A stretch of 64,000 nucleotides of DNA from positions 1,760,001 to 1,824,000 of the forward strand of contig CBDCKW010000009.1 of the NCBI GenBank assembly GCA_965218435.1. Direction: 5' to 3'. This DNA is from Truepera sp. (GTDB lineage: Bacteria > Deinococcota > Deinococci > Deinococcales > Trueperaceae). The position numbers and the translations under genes are program-made. Of this stretch, positions 39,105-49,490 are shown piece after piece (position 1 is the first letter of the stretch; each line of letters begins with the position of its first letter). The notes below the pieces were generated by a model. It was not told the DNA's origin and did not search any database. It saw only the letters and a list, made by a program, of their open reading frames with translations.

Positions 39105-40085
39105 ATGGATTACCAGAAGCTGTTCAAAAGTAAACTCGACCGTCGCCGTCTACTAGGCAATTTGGGATTGATGGGTGCTGGGGCCGTGATGACCGCGTGC
39201 GGCGGCGCAATCGGCCAACCGACAACTCCAACCCCTCCTACCAATCCCGGTACACCTGGCACTGACGTTGACAACGCCATCCTCAACTTCGCGCTTAACT
39301 TAGAGTACCTAGAAGCCGCCTTCTACCTCGCCGCCGTTGGCCGCATTAGCGAGATTATGGCCATTGGTGGTGACGCCGCGATTGACCTGCCCGAGGGTTT
39401 CGACGGCACTGCTTCAATGAAATTTATGAGCGATGACGTTGCCTCCTACGCCGCTGAGATCGCTCAAGACGAGCTGAACCACGTAAAAGCTCTAGTTGCC
39501 ACACTCGGTGACGCAGCTTCCGCTCGTCCTCATCTCGACCTTAGCAAATCGTTCGCTGGCGCTGCTGAAGCTGCCGGAATCCTCCCCACAGGCATGGGCG
39601 CAGCGTTTAATCCCTTTGCCAGCGACCTGTTCTTCCTTCACGGTTCATTCATCTTTGAAGATGTCGGGGTCACCGCCTATAACGGCGCAGCTCCTCTCAT
39701 TACAAAAGGCGCTGTCCTTGGCGCGGCTGCTAGCATCCTTGCAGTTGAGGCGTACCATGCCGGTGAAATCCGCACGCTTCTCTATCAGGAACGCGACACG
39801 GTTGCGATTCCTGGAGGTAACGGCCTCACCAAGCAGACCGTTCAAGAGGTTGTTCAGAAGATTTCCGACTTACGCGGTAGCGTTGGCGGTATGAAAGACC
39901 AGGGCATCGTGATGGGCGACAGTGCCAATATCATCCCAACTGATGACAACAGCCTCGCCTATGCTCGTACCCCAACCGAAGTTCTTAACATCGTTTACCT
40001 CGGTTCTGCGGGTACTCCCGCCGGTTTCTTCCCCGAGGGTGTCGTCCTTACAGCCGACGAAGCTAAGGCTCTTTTAGCCGTATAA
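39105..40085 (+). CDS. Ferritin-like desiccation-related protein (PCC13-62-like), Tat lipoprotein
   Basis: RRRLL...MTAC; LNFALNLEYLEAAFY, DE..HV, FEDVGVTAYNGAA, ILAVEAYHAG. Confidence 0.88.
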   Translation: MDYQKLFKSKLDRRRLLGNLGLMGAGAVMTACGGAIGQPTTPTPPTNPGTPGTDVDNAILNFALNLEYLEAAFYLAAVGRISEIMAIGGDAAIDLPEGFDGTASMKFMSDDVASYAAEIAQDELNHVKALVATLGDAASARPHLDLSKSFAGAAEAAGILPTGMGAAFNPFASDLFFLHGSFIFEDVGVTAYNGAAPLITKGAVLGAAASILAVEAYHAGEIRTLLYQERDTVAIPGGNGLTKQTVQEVVQKISDLRGSVGGMKDQGIVMGDSANIIPTDDNSLAYARTPTEVLNIVYLGSAGTPAGFFPEGVVLTADEAKALLAV

Positions 40086-40099
40086 GTAAGTCCGCATCA

Positions 40100-40136
40100 G
40101 GTGTGAGGTAGTTCGCTACTTCACACCCACCTTTTT
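40100..40136 (+). terminator. Hairpin with UUCG loop, probable terminator
   Basis: ggtgtgaggtag-ttcg-ctacttcacacc followed by a T-run. Confidence 0.7.
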
Positions 40137-40194
40137 AACGCCCTATAACGTGCCCCTCACCGGAGGAGTGCTAAATTAGTAAGAGGAGGCTGTC

Positions 40195-40521
40195 ATGAAA
40201 TTTGGTTCTTTAGGTGTACCCGAACTGCTCATCATTCTGGTTGTGGTCTTGTTGGTCTTTGGCCCTCGCCGTTTGCCCGAGATGGCCAAAGGGATCGGTC
40301 AATCGGTGCGTGAGTTCCGCAAAGGTATCCGCGATATGAAAGACGAGATTGACCGCGACGACGAGCCTACGCAGGCCGCGCCCAAGCAGGCCAAAGTGGT
40401 CGAATCCGCCACGACGCCGACGGTCCAAACTGTTTCGGCTGCTACAGCCCAACCCGCTGAGAGCGCCGAAGTCAAGGTCTCACCGGTTCAAGATGAGACT
40501 AAAGAAGAGATCAAAGCTTAG
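40195..40521 (+). CDS. tatA: Tat translocase subunit A/B
   Basis: ELLIILVVVLLVFGPRRLPE..KGIG..REFRKG. Confidence 0.93.
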   Translation: MKFGSLGVPELLIILVVVLLVFGPRRLPEMAKGIGQSVREFRKGIRDMKDEIDRDDEPTQAAPKQAKVVESATTPTVQTVSAATAQPAESAEVKVSPVQDETKEEIKA

Positions 40522-40599
40522 CTGTAGCTTGACAACCCTAGCTTGACGCGCTATCTGTTAACCTACCTTCCTTAGCTCACTAGACTCGAGGAACCACGC

Positions 40600-41334
40600 T
40601 TGACGCTGATTGACCACTTTGCAGAGCTGCGGACGCGCCTTTTTATTGCGCTTGGGGGCTGGCTCGTAGGGGCTTTTGCGGCTTTCTATTTTCGTACGCA
40701 ACTGCTCGCTTGGCTACGGGCACCGCTACCGGCTAATATCAACCTTATTGCCACGGGGATTCTCGAGCCTTTTAACGTTTCGATGCAGGTTACAGCATTC
40801 TTCGGTTTAGCACTCGCTTCACCCATCATCCTCGGTCAAATTTGGGGCTTTATCGCGCCTGGGTTGTTACCCGAAGAGCGGCGCTGGGCAGTGCCTTTCG
40901 TCTTTCTCACCGTGATGGCTTTTAGCGCCGGAATTGTTTTTGCTTACTACGTTATTTTACCGTTAGCGTTACCCATTATTGTTGGATTTTTAGGGAACCA
41001 AGTCGAGCTGCTCCCCCGTATCGGCGACTATATTTCAAAAGTGCTGCTCTACATGGGCGTCTTCGGCCTTATTTTTGAGATGCCCATTATCAGTTTTTTG
41101 CTCGCGCGTTTGGGCCTGATCTACGCGCCGATGCTCGTGGGCGTGCGCCGCTACGAAATCGTTGTAAGCTGTATTTTGGCGGCCGTAATTACCCCGACCG
41201 CTGACCCGCTCAACTTTTCGCTGGTCGCAATTCCGCTTATTTTACTCTATGAGCTGAGCATCATCGTGGTACGTGTGTCTCAGCAAAAGGTGCCCTTTGC
41301 GAGAGACGATTCAAGCTTTACGAACCCGAATTGA
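40600..41334 (+). CDS. tatC: Tat translocase subunit C
   Basis: HFAELRTRL, QIWGFIAPGL, FEMP, AVITPTADP. Confidence 0.95.
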   Translation: MTLIDHFAELRTRLFIALGGWLVGAFAAFYFRTQLLAWLRAPLPANINLIATGILEPFNVSMQVTAFFGLALASPIILGQIWGFIAPGLLPEERRWAVPFVFLTVMAFSAGIVFAYYVILPLALPIIVGFLGNQVELLPRIGDYISKVLLYMGVFGLIFEMPIISFLLARLGLIYAPMLVGVRRYEIVVSCILAAVITPTADPLNFSLVAIPLILLYELSIIVVRVSQQKVPFARDDSSFTNPN

Positions 41335-42397
41335 CGCGCTTAATTTAGAACTTTTAGAGCTGCTTTCACAGCGCGCCAGCCTAGCCGAAGAGATCGGTGA
41401 GCTGCAAACGCAGCTGGGTACGTCGCACTACGACCCGGTGCGCGAAAGCGAGATGCTAGACGCGCTTACGGCGGCGAACCACGGTCCCTTTAGCGACGGC
41501 GTGGTTAAGAGCCTGTTTAAGAGTATCTTTCAGGCTAGTATGCAGCTAGAAGTCGCTTCGGATAAGGTCAAGTATCTGACCTCGAGGCAAACTCATACTG
41601 AAGACACCGTGGTCTACCTGGGCGACGTGCCGATTGGCAGCAACCATTCGCCGGTGCTGATTGCGGGGCCATGTTCGATCGAGTCAGCCGAACAACTGGA
41701 CGCAGTAGCCCACTTTATCTCTGAGCGGGGCGTCAAAGTGATGCGCGGCGGCGCGTTCAAACCGCGTACCGACCCGTATTCGTTTCAGGGCTTAGGTGTC
41801 GAAGGGCTCGAGCTGGGCCGCAAAATCTGTGACCGCTACGGCCTCAAGTTTATCTCTGAAATCATGGACGCGAAAGATTTAGACGCTTTCGTTCACTACG
41901 CCGACATGCTCCAGATCGGCGCACGCAACATGCAGAACTTTACGCTCCTCAAAGCGGTCGGGCGCTCGAGAAAACCGGTTTTGCTCAAGCGGGGATTGTC
42001 CGCTACCATCGAAGAGTGGGTAATGGCCGCAGAATATCTGCTCTATGAAGGTAATGAGAACGTCGTACTTTGTGAACGCGGTATCCGCACCTTTGAGCAG
42101 TACACCCGCAACACACTCGATGTGTCGGCGGTGGCGCTGGCGAAACTCGAGACTCACCTTCCGGTCCTTGTAGACGTGACCCACTCCGGCGGACGCCGCG
42201 ACCTGCTCGTGCCCTTGACCAAAGCAGGTTTGGCAGTTGGGGCGGACGGCATCATGATCGAAGTGCATCCAAACCCGGCGGTTGCTCTATCAGATAACAA
42301 ACAGCAAGTTGATTTTGAGACGTTTGACAAGTACCTGGAAGAAACCGGCTATCATAACAAGCTCTCTGAAAAACGGCTCGAGGTCTACGGCTTCTAG
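41297..42397 (+). CDS. aroF: Bifunctional chorismate mutase / DAHP synthase (class I-beta)
   Basis: N-terminal LRTRID...YDPVRE; IAGPCSIES, GGAFKPRT, QIGARNMQNF, LLKRG; probable TTG start at 41297. Confidence 0.93.
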   Translation: MRETIQALRTRIDALNLELLELLSQRASLAEEIGELQTQLGTSHYDPVRESEMLDALTAANHGPFSDGVVKSLFKSIFQASMQLEVASDKVKYLTSRQTHTEDTVVYLGDVPIGSNHSPVLIAGPCSIESAEQLDAVAHFISERGVKVMRGGAFKPRTDPYSFQGLGVEGLELGRKICDRYGLKFISEIMDAKDLDAFVHYADMLQIGARNMQNFTLLKAVGRSRKPVLLKRGLSATIEEWVMAAEYLLYEGNENVVLCERGIRTFEQYTRNTLDVSAVALAKLETHLPVLVDVTHSGGRRDLLVPLTKAGLAVGADGIMIEVHPNPAVALSDNKQQVDFETFDKYLEETGYHNKLSEKRLEVYGF

Positions 42398-42429
42398 CAA
42401 CTGCTCCGGTCAAAGCCTAACAAACTCAG

Positions 42430-42466
42430 AACGCCGAACGGGGTAAAGCTACCGTTCGGCGTTTTT
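42430..42466 (+). terminator. Intrinsic terminator
   Basis: aacgccgaacgg-loop-ccgttcggcgtt-ttt. Confidence 0.85.
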
Positions 42467-42589
42467 AATATAGCGATATAAACACTGAGCGCAAATCTCG
42501 CAGGAATCATCGCAGAATGCGCGTGTCAGACTATACTGCATTTACCAAGGGCGTTTCAAACCAGACGATACCTGCTATCGTCGTGCTGT

Positions 42590-43180
42590 TTAGGCAACGG
42601 CTTCCGGAATGGCCTGCTCACGTGCTGCTTTCAGGGTGTTCGTCCACCACGCCAGCTCGTCAAGCATGTCTTTTACACCTGCTTGGAGGTAAGTAAGCGA
42701 CTCGAGGCTTTGCCCACCCTGCCACACCGCCATAAAGTCGCCGCCTTGGATATGAACCCCTTTATGTAGCGGTGCCATCTGCAGCTCGACATGGATCAGG
42801 CGCAACTGCTCGATAGCTCGCGCCGCACCTACCGAACCGTAACCGACGTAAGCGGCGGGCTTTTTGTTCCACTCGGTATAGGCAAAATCGAGCGCATTTT
42901 TGAGCACGCCCGAAATGCTGTGGTTATATTCAGCGGTTACGAAGATATAGCCGTCAAACTCGGCGATCTTTTGCTGCCAGCGGACGCCGACCTCGTTTTG
43001 TGTCGGAACCCAAAGGTTTGAAGCAACTTCGTTAAAAAAAGGTAGCGGAAAGTCGCGGAGGTCAACGATTTCAAACTCGAGGTCACGTCGCTGACTCGCT
43101 TCGTCGTAAAGCCACCGGGCAGGCTTGTCACCGAAGCGGGTATCGCGGTCGGTGCTGATGATAATACCAATTTTGGGCAT
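42590..43180 (-). CDS. NADPH-dependent FMN reductase
   Basis: FVTAEYNHSISGVLKNALD, KPAAYVGYG. Confidence 0.93.
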   Translation of the reverse strand: MPKIGIIISTDRDTRFGDKPARWLYDEASQRRDLEFEIVDLRDFPLPFFNEVASNLWVPTQNEVGVRWQQKIAEFDGYIFVTAEYNHSISGVLKNALDFAYTEWNKKPAAYVGYGSVGAARAIEQLRLIHVELQMAPLHKGVHIQGGDFMAVWQGGQSLESLTYLQAGVKDMLDELAWWTNTLKAAREQAIPEAVA

Positions 43181-43339
43181 AGTTACTCCTAAAACAGTGC
43201 TGAAGCTGCCCTTACAACCAGATTGGGCAACGACCTAAGATATACTTCGCAAAGCACATAGCTAGGTATAGTACAATACATAATGTAGCCTTGCTAGTCA
43301 GATTCTACTCAGCAGCTGCAAACCAACAAGGCTCGAGCT

Positions 43340-43368
43340 AAAAAAGTGGCCCGTTTTGCGGACCACTC
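43340..43368 (-). terminator. Intrinsic terminator
   Basis: Minus strand agtggtccg-caaaa-cgggccact-tttttt. Confidence 0.7.
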
Positions 43369-43385
43369 GGGGAGACAGTATCGCC

Positions 43386-44276
43386 TTATGCAGCTTTTTG
43401 CTGACGCTCCGACTCTTCTTTGCCCACCTTATCGAGCGCCCGGAAGTCTTCGTCACTCAGCTCTAACGACGCGGCGGCGACGTTTCCTTCTAAGTGTGAA
43501 ACCTTGCTGGTACCGGGAATCGGCAGCATCACCGGGCTGCGTTTTAGCACCCAGGCGAGCGCAACTTGTGACGGCGACGCGTCTAGCTTTTTCGCGATGT
43601 CGTCCAAGACGCTGCCGGGTTGTGCCAAGTTCCCCGAAGCGAGCGGTGCCCACGGGATATACCCGATGCCTTCACCCTCACAAAAGTCTAAAACTTCTTC
43701 GTCCTGACGCGTTACGAGGTTATAGCGGTTTTGCACCGTTACAACGTTGAAATGCTGCTGCGCAGCCCGAATCTGTTCAACATTGACGTTGCTTAACCCG
43801 GCGTGGCGAATCAAGCCTTCTTGTTGCATATCGGCAATCACCGCAAACTGCTCATCAAGTTCGGTTTTAGGGTCAATACGGTGGAGCTGCCAGAGGTCGA
43901 GGGTGTCAGCCCCCAGCCGGCGCAGGCTCATCAAAACACCCTGCCGTAAAAATTCAGGCCGGCCCAAAGGCACCCAGACATTAGGGCCGTTGCGAATGTT
44001 GCCGCCTTTAGTGGCCACGACAAGACCGTCGTAAGGGTGAAGCGCCTCGCAAATCAAGTTTTCGCTCACTTCTGGGCCGTAAGCTTCGGCGGTGTCAATG
44101 AAGTTGACGCCGAGTTCGGGTAGCCGTTTCAGGACGCGAATCGCTTCGTCATGGTCGTCGGGTTCGCCCCAAATCCCTTCACCGGTAATCCGCATTGCCC
44201 CGAATCCCAAACGGTTGACCTCTAAATCGCCGCCCAGCTTAAAGGTGCCGCTTGCTTCTGCATTTGGTGTTGCCAT
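43386..44276 (-). CDS. Aldo/keto reductase
   Basis: [26 protein letters not shown]. Confidence 0.95.
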   Translation of the reverse strand: MATPNAEASGTFKLGGDLEVNRLGFGAMRITGEGIWGEPDDHDEAIRVLKRLPELGVNFIDTAEAYGPEVSENLICEALHPYDGLVVATKGGNIRNGPNVWVPLGRPEFLRQGVLMSLRRLGADTLDLWQLHRIDPKTELDEQFAVIADMQQEGLIRHAGLSNVNVEQIRAAQQHFNVVTVQNRYNLVTRQDEEVLDFCEGEGIGYIPWAPLASGNLAQPGSVLDDIAKKLDASPSQVALAWVLKRSPVMLPIPGTSKVSHLEGNVAAASLELSDEDFRALDKVGKEESERQQKAA

Positions 44277-44469
44277 GTTGACCTCGCTTTCTCCTTAAAA
44301 CTTTACGCTTCTCTTTTTACCGGTGCCTGTAAGGAGGGCAACGGTTTGGGTCTAGCTTTAGCAGAGTGGGTAGCTCGAGCCTCAACAGCTTTTGCGGGGT
44401 TTTGAGAACGCAACTTTATCACGGTTTTCGCCGAATGATTCTGAGAGATAAGCCGTTCCGCCGCGAGAG

Positions 44470-45507
44470 TCAGCGGGGCAGTGATACCTGAAACACTGCC
44501 CCGCCCTCCGGGAGGTTCGTGACCTCGACGCGTCCGCCGTGCAGCTCGACGAGCAGCTTGACAATCGCCAACCCTAAACCGGAGCCTGAAGCACCCGCGT
44601 CCGGACTGTAAAAACGCTCGAAGACCCTCTCCCTGACCTCCTCAGCAATCCCCGAGCCGGTATCCTGGACGCGTAAACTGACACCTTTCTCTTCTGTTTT
44701 TACCGTGACGCTAATGCAGCCCGCCTGGGGTGTAAACTTGAGCGCGTTGTCGAGCAAGTTCGTAACAACCTGACGGAGGCGCGCCGCGTCGCCGTTTAGT
44801 AGCGCCGCTTCTGTACGAACCTCGAGCCTGACCCCTTTGGCCCGAGCGCGCGGTTCAAACCCCGCTACGGCGTCTTTAGTCAAGGCGGCCAGATCGCACG
44901 GCGCAAAGGTGAGCTCGAGCTCTCCCGCGTCTGCTAACGAGAGGTTACGCAAGTCTTCGACCAGCCGCGCGAGCAGGTCGGTCTGCTGCGCGAGCAGACT
45001 GATTTCAGCAGGGTCGAGGGTAAAAACGCCGTCGCGGAGTGCGGCGAGGCGCGCCTGGAGGACGGCGAGCGGGGTACGCAGTTCGTGGGCAATCGCGGCG
45101 GCGGTGGCCTGACGTTCAGTCTCGAGCCGTTCTAACGAGGCCGCCATCGCGTTAAAGTCGTCTAACAAGCGGGTAGCCTCACCGTTTCGCCGGTTCCAAG
45201 GCCATAGCCGCTGCCTGAATGGAAGCTTGGCGCGGGCGCTCAGGTCGCCGCCCGCCACCTGCCGCGCCGCGCTTGAAACTTCGCTTAGTGGCTTTGCCAA
45301 ACGCCACGCGATAAAGGCGGCGAAGAGCACGCTGAGCAAAAGACCACCGAGGTTGCCCCAAATAAGCATCGCGGTTTCGTTCTCGCCGAACCCTCGAAAA
45401 ATGGTTCCGGCAAGCGCGGTGACGGCTTGAGCAAGCTCAAAAGAGATCAGTAGGCCCACAAACGCGCCCATGATGCCTAACCACACGCCGACCCAGATGC
45501 GGTTCAC
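44470..45507 (-). CDS. Sensor histidine kinase (BaeS-like; 2 TM, HAMP)
   Basis: AHELRTPL, NLLDNALKF, DTGSG, GSGLGL. Confidence 0.95.
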   Translation of the reverse strand: MNRIWVGVWLGIMGAFVGLLISFELAQAVTALAGTIFRGFGENETAMLIWGNLGGLLLSVLFAAFIAWRLAKPLSEVSSAARQVAGGDLSARAKLPFRQRLWPWNRRNGEATRLLDDFNAMAASLERLETERQATAAAIAHELRTPLAVLQARLAALRDGVFTLDPAEISLLAQQTDLLARLVEDLRNLSLADAGELELTFAPCDLAALTKDAVAGFEPRARAKGVRLEVRTEAALLNGDAARLRQVVTNLLDNALKFTPQAGCISVTVKTEEKGVSLRVQDTGSGIAEEVRERVFERFYSPDAGASGSGLGLAIVKLLVELHGGRVEVTNLPEGGAVFQVSLPR

Positions 45508-46220
45508 CGGCCCGCACCGCTATCTACTGACTTGTCCACTAAGCGGTAGCCGACACCGCGCACCGACTCGAGTGGATCAGCCACACCCGCCGCGCCGAGC
45601 TTGCGCCTGACGCTGCCTAGGTGAGCGTCTACCACGCGCCCCAACGCCTCGGATTCGGGTAGACACCGCTCTAAAAGCTCGCTGCGACTAAACACCCGCC
45701 CCGGATGACGGATAAGCAGCTCGAGTAAGCGGTACTCACTTAGGGTCAGCTCGAGGCGCACCCCGGCGGCGGTGACCCGCATCCCGAGCGGATCAAGCTC
45801 GAGTCCCCCCACACAGATGGGTTTCTCTACCTTGACAGGCCGCACGCGGCGTAACACGGCCTTGACGCGCTCAACCACCTCAGCTGGATTAAAAGGCTTG
45901 GCGACGTAATCATCTGCGCCCATCCGCAAGCCCACCAGCCGGTCAACGTCCTCGACGCGGGCCGTCACCATAATCACGGGGGTGTCCCCGGCCTGCCGTA
46001 CCCGCCGCAACACCTCAAACCCGTCTAACTTGGGCAGCATCACATCGAGCAACACGAGGTCGGGTTTGGCCGCGTCAAAGAGGCGTAGGGCGCTCTCCCC
46101 ATCGGCGGCGCGTTCGGTACGAAATCCGTCTCGGCGCAAGTACGCCTCCAACACCTCACTGAGATTCGGTTCATCTTCAACGATGAGAACCAGCGTGGCT
46201 GAGGTCACGGGTAAAGTCAC
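45504..46220 (-). CDS. OmpR/BaeR-family response regulator
   Basis: VEDE, LLDVMLP, GADDYVAKPF, VRGVGY. Confidence 0.95.
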   Translation of the reverse strand: MTLPVTSATLVLIVEDEPNLSEVLEAYLRRDGFRTERAADGESALRLFDAAKPDLVLLDVMLPKLDGFEVLRRVRQAGDTPVIMVTARVEDVDRLVGLRMGADDYVAKPFNPAEVVERVKAVLRRVRPVKVEKPICVGGLELDPLGMRVTAAGVRLELTLSEYRLLELLIRHPGRVFSRSELLERCLPESEALGRVVDAHLGSVRRKLGAAGVADPLESVRGVGYRLVDKSVDSGAGR

Positions 46221-46364
46221 ACGTCAGTATATAAAACGTGACGTTGACGCTCTGAAGGTAACAGGCATATTCGACAAATCTTCACAAAGTCTGAGCTGAC
46301 TCTGCTTAAGGAGTGCTTAAGCTCTTTTTCAGAAGCTGCTAAAGCCTCGGAAAAGGAGTTTGAC

Positions 46365-47933
46365 ATGTTCGCAAAAAGACCTGTTGCTATCGCCGCCCTT
46401 TGGATGCTCTTTCTAAGTGCATTCTTTACAGGTGCATTCGCCCAACCCTCTTTTAGTACCGCCCAACTCGACACGTTTGTCACCCGCATGATGAAAGACT
46501 ATGACGTTCCCGGCGTTGGGCTTGCAGTTGTCGAAAATGGCAAGGTTGTTTATACGAAAGGCTACGGCGTCCGCGACGTGGCGACGAACGCACCGGTCAC
46601 GCCGGACACAGCGTTTCCCATCGGCTCGGTGAGCAAATCGTTTACGGCGCTCGGCATGATGGTACTGGTCCACGAAGGTCTCGTTGACCTTGACGCGCCG
46701 GTCACAACCTATATCCCCGAGTTCAAATTGTCCGATCCAGAGTCTACGAAAACAGTCACCGTCAGAAACTTGCTGACGCACACGACCGGCCTCGTAAGGA
46801 CCGACGCTTCGACCTTTGATTTGAACGTCACAACCGAAGACATCATCAGAGCTGCGGCGACAACGCCCTTGGTCGGTAAACCTGGCGAAACATTCGTCTA
46901 CAGCAACGTCAACGCGATTCTTGCTGGGGAAGTTATCAGGCGGGTCAGCGGCGAGTCGTGGAAAACCTTTACCCGTGAACGCGTCTTAAAGCCGCTGGGG
47001 ATGGACACGGCAACCCTGACCATCGCGGCACTTAAAAGGCAGTCCAACATCGCTGTGCCGAGTATCCTTAACGTAAGGCGCGGCACCTTGCAGACCACCG
47101 CTTACCTGACCCTAAGAGCCGACGCCCCCGCCGGAGCAGTCAACGCCAGCGCCGCTGATATGGCCCGCTACGTGCAGTTTCAAGTTGGTGACGGCGCGCC
47201 GCTGCTCTCTCAAAAGAACCTCAGTGAGATGCACCGCGGTCAGATTGCGGCCCCAGACTTTAACTTACCGGGCGTCGCCGCCGCGCAAGCGCGGGCGGTA
47301 GCTAAAAACCCCGCAGACGTGCCGCCCTCACTCGTTACCGACGAGCAGTACGGATTTTTCTGGGCAGTTGATGACTTTTCAGGAAAGAAGCTTGTGCAGC
47401 ACGGCGGTACCGTCACGGGGGGCACAGCGAACGTGACCTTGCTGCCTGAAAAGCACTCCGGCGTCGTGATCTTGGCCAACGCAGACGGGGCAAACTTTTT
47501 TATGGAGGCGGTGCGACTGCACGTCGCCGAACTCTTGCTGGGCCGCTCACAGCCTGACGTGAACGCCACGCTTCAAGCACAACTTAGGGCCGTAGGGCAA
47601 GACAACGCCACGCTCCAAGCTGACCGTGAGGCAGCGCACAGCTATCAGCTTAGAGCGGGCGAACTGAGCGCCTTAGCCGGTACCTACAAAAGCCTCGCCG
47701 ACCCTAAGCCCACCCAAGTCGAGGTCGTGAAGAACCGTGAACTCAGGCTCGAGTCCGGGTTTCAAGGTGTCCGTTTCACGACGGCTTTACTGCCTCTGGG
47801 TGGCGGCCGCTTTATGGCAGCTGACGCGCCGCTAACAGGCGCGATTCTTAAGTTTGTAGAGGGTGCCAAAGAGCGCACTATCGAACTCGAGCCCGTCACC
47901 GGCGCAGTCCCCATAGCTGTACTCAACAAGTGA
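46365..47933 (+). CDS. Secreted serine hydrolase (class C beta-lactamase family)
   Basis: Signal peptide; SVSK, YSN, HGG motifs; LLTHTTG. Confidence 0.9.
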   Translation: MFAKRPVAIAALWMLFLSAFFTGAFAQPSFSTAQLDTFVTRMMKDYDVPGVGLAVVENGKVVYTKGYGVRDVATNAPVTPDTAFPIGSVSKSFTALGMMVLVHEGLVDLDAPVTTYIPEFKLSDPESTKTVTVRNLLTHTTGLVRTDASTFDLNVTTEDIIRAAATTPLVGKPGETFVYSNVNAILAGEVIRRVSGESWKTFTRERVLKPLGMDTATLTIAALKRQSNIAVPSILNVRRGTLQTTAYLTLRADAPAGAVNASAADMARYVQFQVGDGAPLLSQKNLSEMHRGQIAAPDFNLPGVAAAQARAVAKNPADVPPSLVTDEQYGFFWAVDDFSGKKLVQHGGTVTGGTANVTLLPEKHSGVVILANADGANFFMEAVRLHVAELLLGRSQPDVNATLQAQLRAVGQDNATLQADREAAHSYQLRAGELSALAGTYKSLADPKPTQVEVVKNRELRLESGFQGVRFTTALLPLGGGRFMAADAPLTGAILKFVEGAKERTIELEPVTGAVPIAVLNK

Positions 47934-48383
47934 AGGACGACTGAGCGAGTCTACCGGGGCTGACTTGACCCTTATATTTATGTACGTCAGCTGAAACCGC
48001 GAACGCAGACCTGACGCAGACTTATGGTTGACACCGCCGTAAGTTTGCGTTTTTTGTATCTATTTGCTGCGTCCATTCGCTGGGTCAACCAACGGGTGTC
48101 GGCAGCGTCTCAGCCCGTACAGCCGGGCTGCAAACACTGCTTCGACGTTTAGCACACCTGAGGGCGTGAAGCCGGCACCTCGAGAGACGGAAACAGAGGT
48201 CTCAGTGAGGGTACGCCTCGAGCGTTTGCGGCTATACCTCAAACGGCTAGCCATCAGAGCGTCGGCGCGGTGCAAGGCCCAGAAGGGTTGAAAGCTTCTA
48301 AGCGAATGAAGGTATCGGTAAGCGGATCGCGCTCGTTTCAGCAAAGCGCGACTTTACGGCGGACCTCGGCTAAACTAGAAGAA

Positions 48384-49379
48384 ATGTTCGACAAACTTCT
48401 CAACTTCATCGTCAAGGCAACCAATATCCAGCCGAGCTACACGCCCGAGCACTGTTTGGTTGTGACCCGCACGGTCGGCGGCTGCTCGGTGTGTAAAGAT
48501 ATCTGTCCACACCAGGCCATTACCATTTCTCGGCAGGTTGAGATTGACGAGATTGACTGTACCGGCTGCGGTCTCTGTGTCCAGGCGTGTCCGTCGCAGG
48601 CGCTCGCAAGTAGCACCGCGTTTCAGCCGGGTGCGCCGGTCAAGTGTTCGCAGGTACACGGTTCGGCGCAGAGCGTGCAGTGCTTGACAAGGCTGCAACC
48701 GTCGGACATGTTGCGGCTAGCCGGTCGTAAAGACAAGGTGACGCTCATTAGGAACGACTGTAAGGGCTGCAAAATCGGCGGCGCGGAGGTGCCGGAGCGG
48801 GTAGACGCACTTCTTCAAAAAGCCCAGGCGCTAGCTGAGGTGCGCGGCCGCACGCTGCAGACCGAAGTCTTGCAAGAAGAACGCTACGACACGACAGACA
48901 ACCCCGACGCCCTGAGCCGCCGCGAGCTTTTACGGGGCGGGCTGCGGGGCACGCAGCGGTTTTCCGCCGACCTGCTCGCGCCCCTAGAGATTTTCGGCGA
49001 AACCGAAGCTGAACAAAAGGGTGTGCCGATCGAACTCGAGCGCCACCTCTTAACGATTCGCGCGGCCAAACCGGAAGCCGACACGCACGTTCCGTGGACG
49101 TTGCCGAGAGTTCACGACGGCTGCATCATGTGCCCGGTCTGCACCAACGTCTGCCCGACCGACGCCTTTGCCCGCGAATTAACACCCGTTAAAGACGGCG
49201 GCGGCGGCGTCTTAAAGCTTCACCCCGACCGCTGCAACGGTTGCAACGCCTGCGTGAGTTCGTGTCCGGTCAAGGTCATTACGTTAGACGAACAGGTGAC
49301 GTGGGGTGAACTCTCAGGGGGAACGCAAGAGGTGTATCACAAGTCGGGTAAAGGGGGGCAGGGGTCGGTCTCGAGGTAA
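48384..49379 (+). CDS. Multi-[4Fe-4S] ferredoxin-like protein
   Basis: CTGCGLCVQACP, CIMCPVCTNVCP, CNGCNACVSSCP; start at ATG 48384 behind TAAACT. Confidence 0.88.
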   Translation: MFDKLLNFIVKATNIQPSYTPEHCLVVTRTVGGCSVCKDICPHQAITISRQVEIDEIDCTGCGLCVQACPSQALASSTAFQPGAPVKCSQVHGSAQSVQCLTRLQPSDMLRLAGRKDKVTLIRNDCKGCKIGGAEVPERVDALLQKAQALAEVRGRTLQTEVLQEERYDTTDNPDALSRRELLRGGLRGTQRFSADLLAPLEIFGETEAEQKGVPIELERHLLTIRAAKPEADTHVPWTLPRVHDGCIMCPVCTNVCPTDAFARELTPVKDGGGGVLKLHPDRCNGCNACVSSCPVKVITLDEQVTWGELSGGTQEVYHKSGKGGQGSVSR

Positions 49380-49490
49380 AGCTTTATGGCCTTTTTTGAT
49401 CTTTTTGACTACGCTGACCATTTCGCAGGCGATAAGAACCTGGTTGCGTCGTCAGGGCTTTCCCTGTTTTACAAGCTGTAACGGTAAACC

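Noticed and set aside
47934..48383. ORFs 48060-48344 and 48064-48291
   Set aside because: No motifs and atypical composition; treated as intergenic
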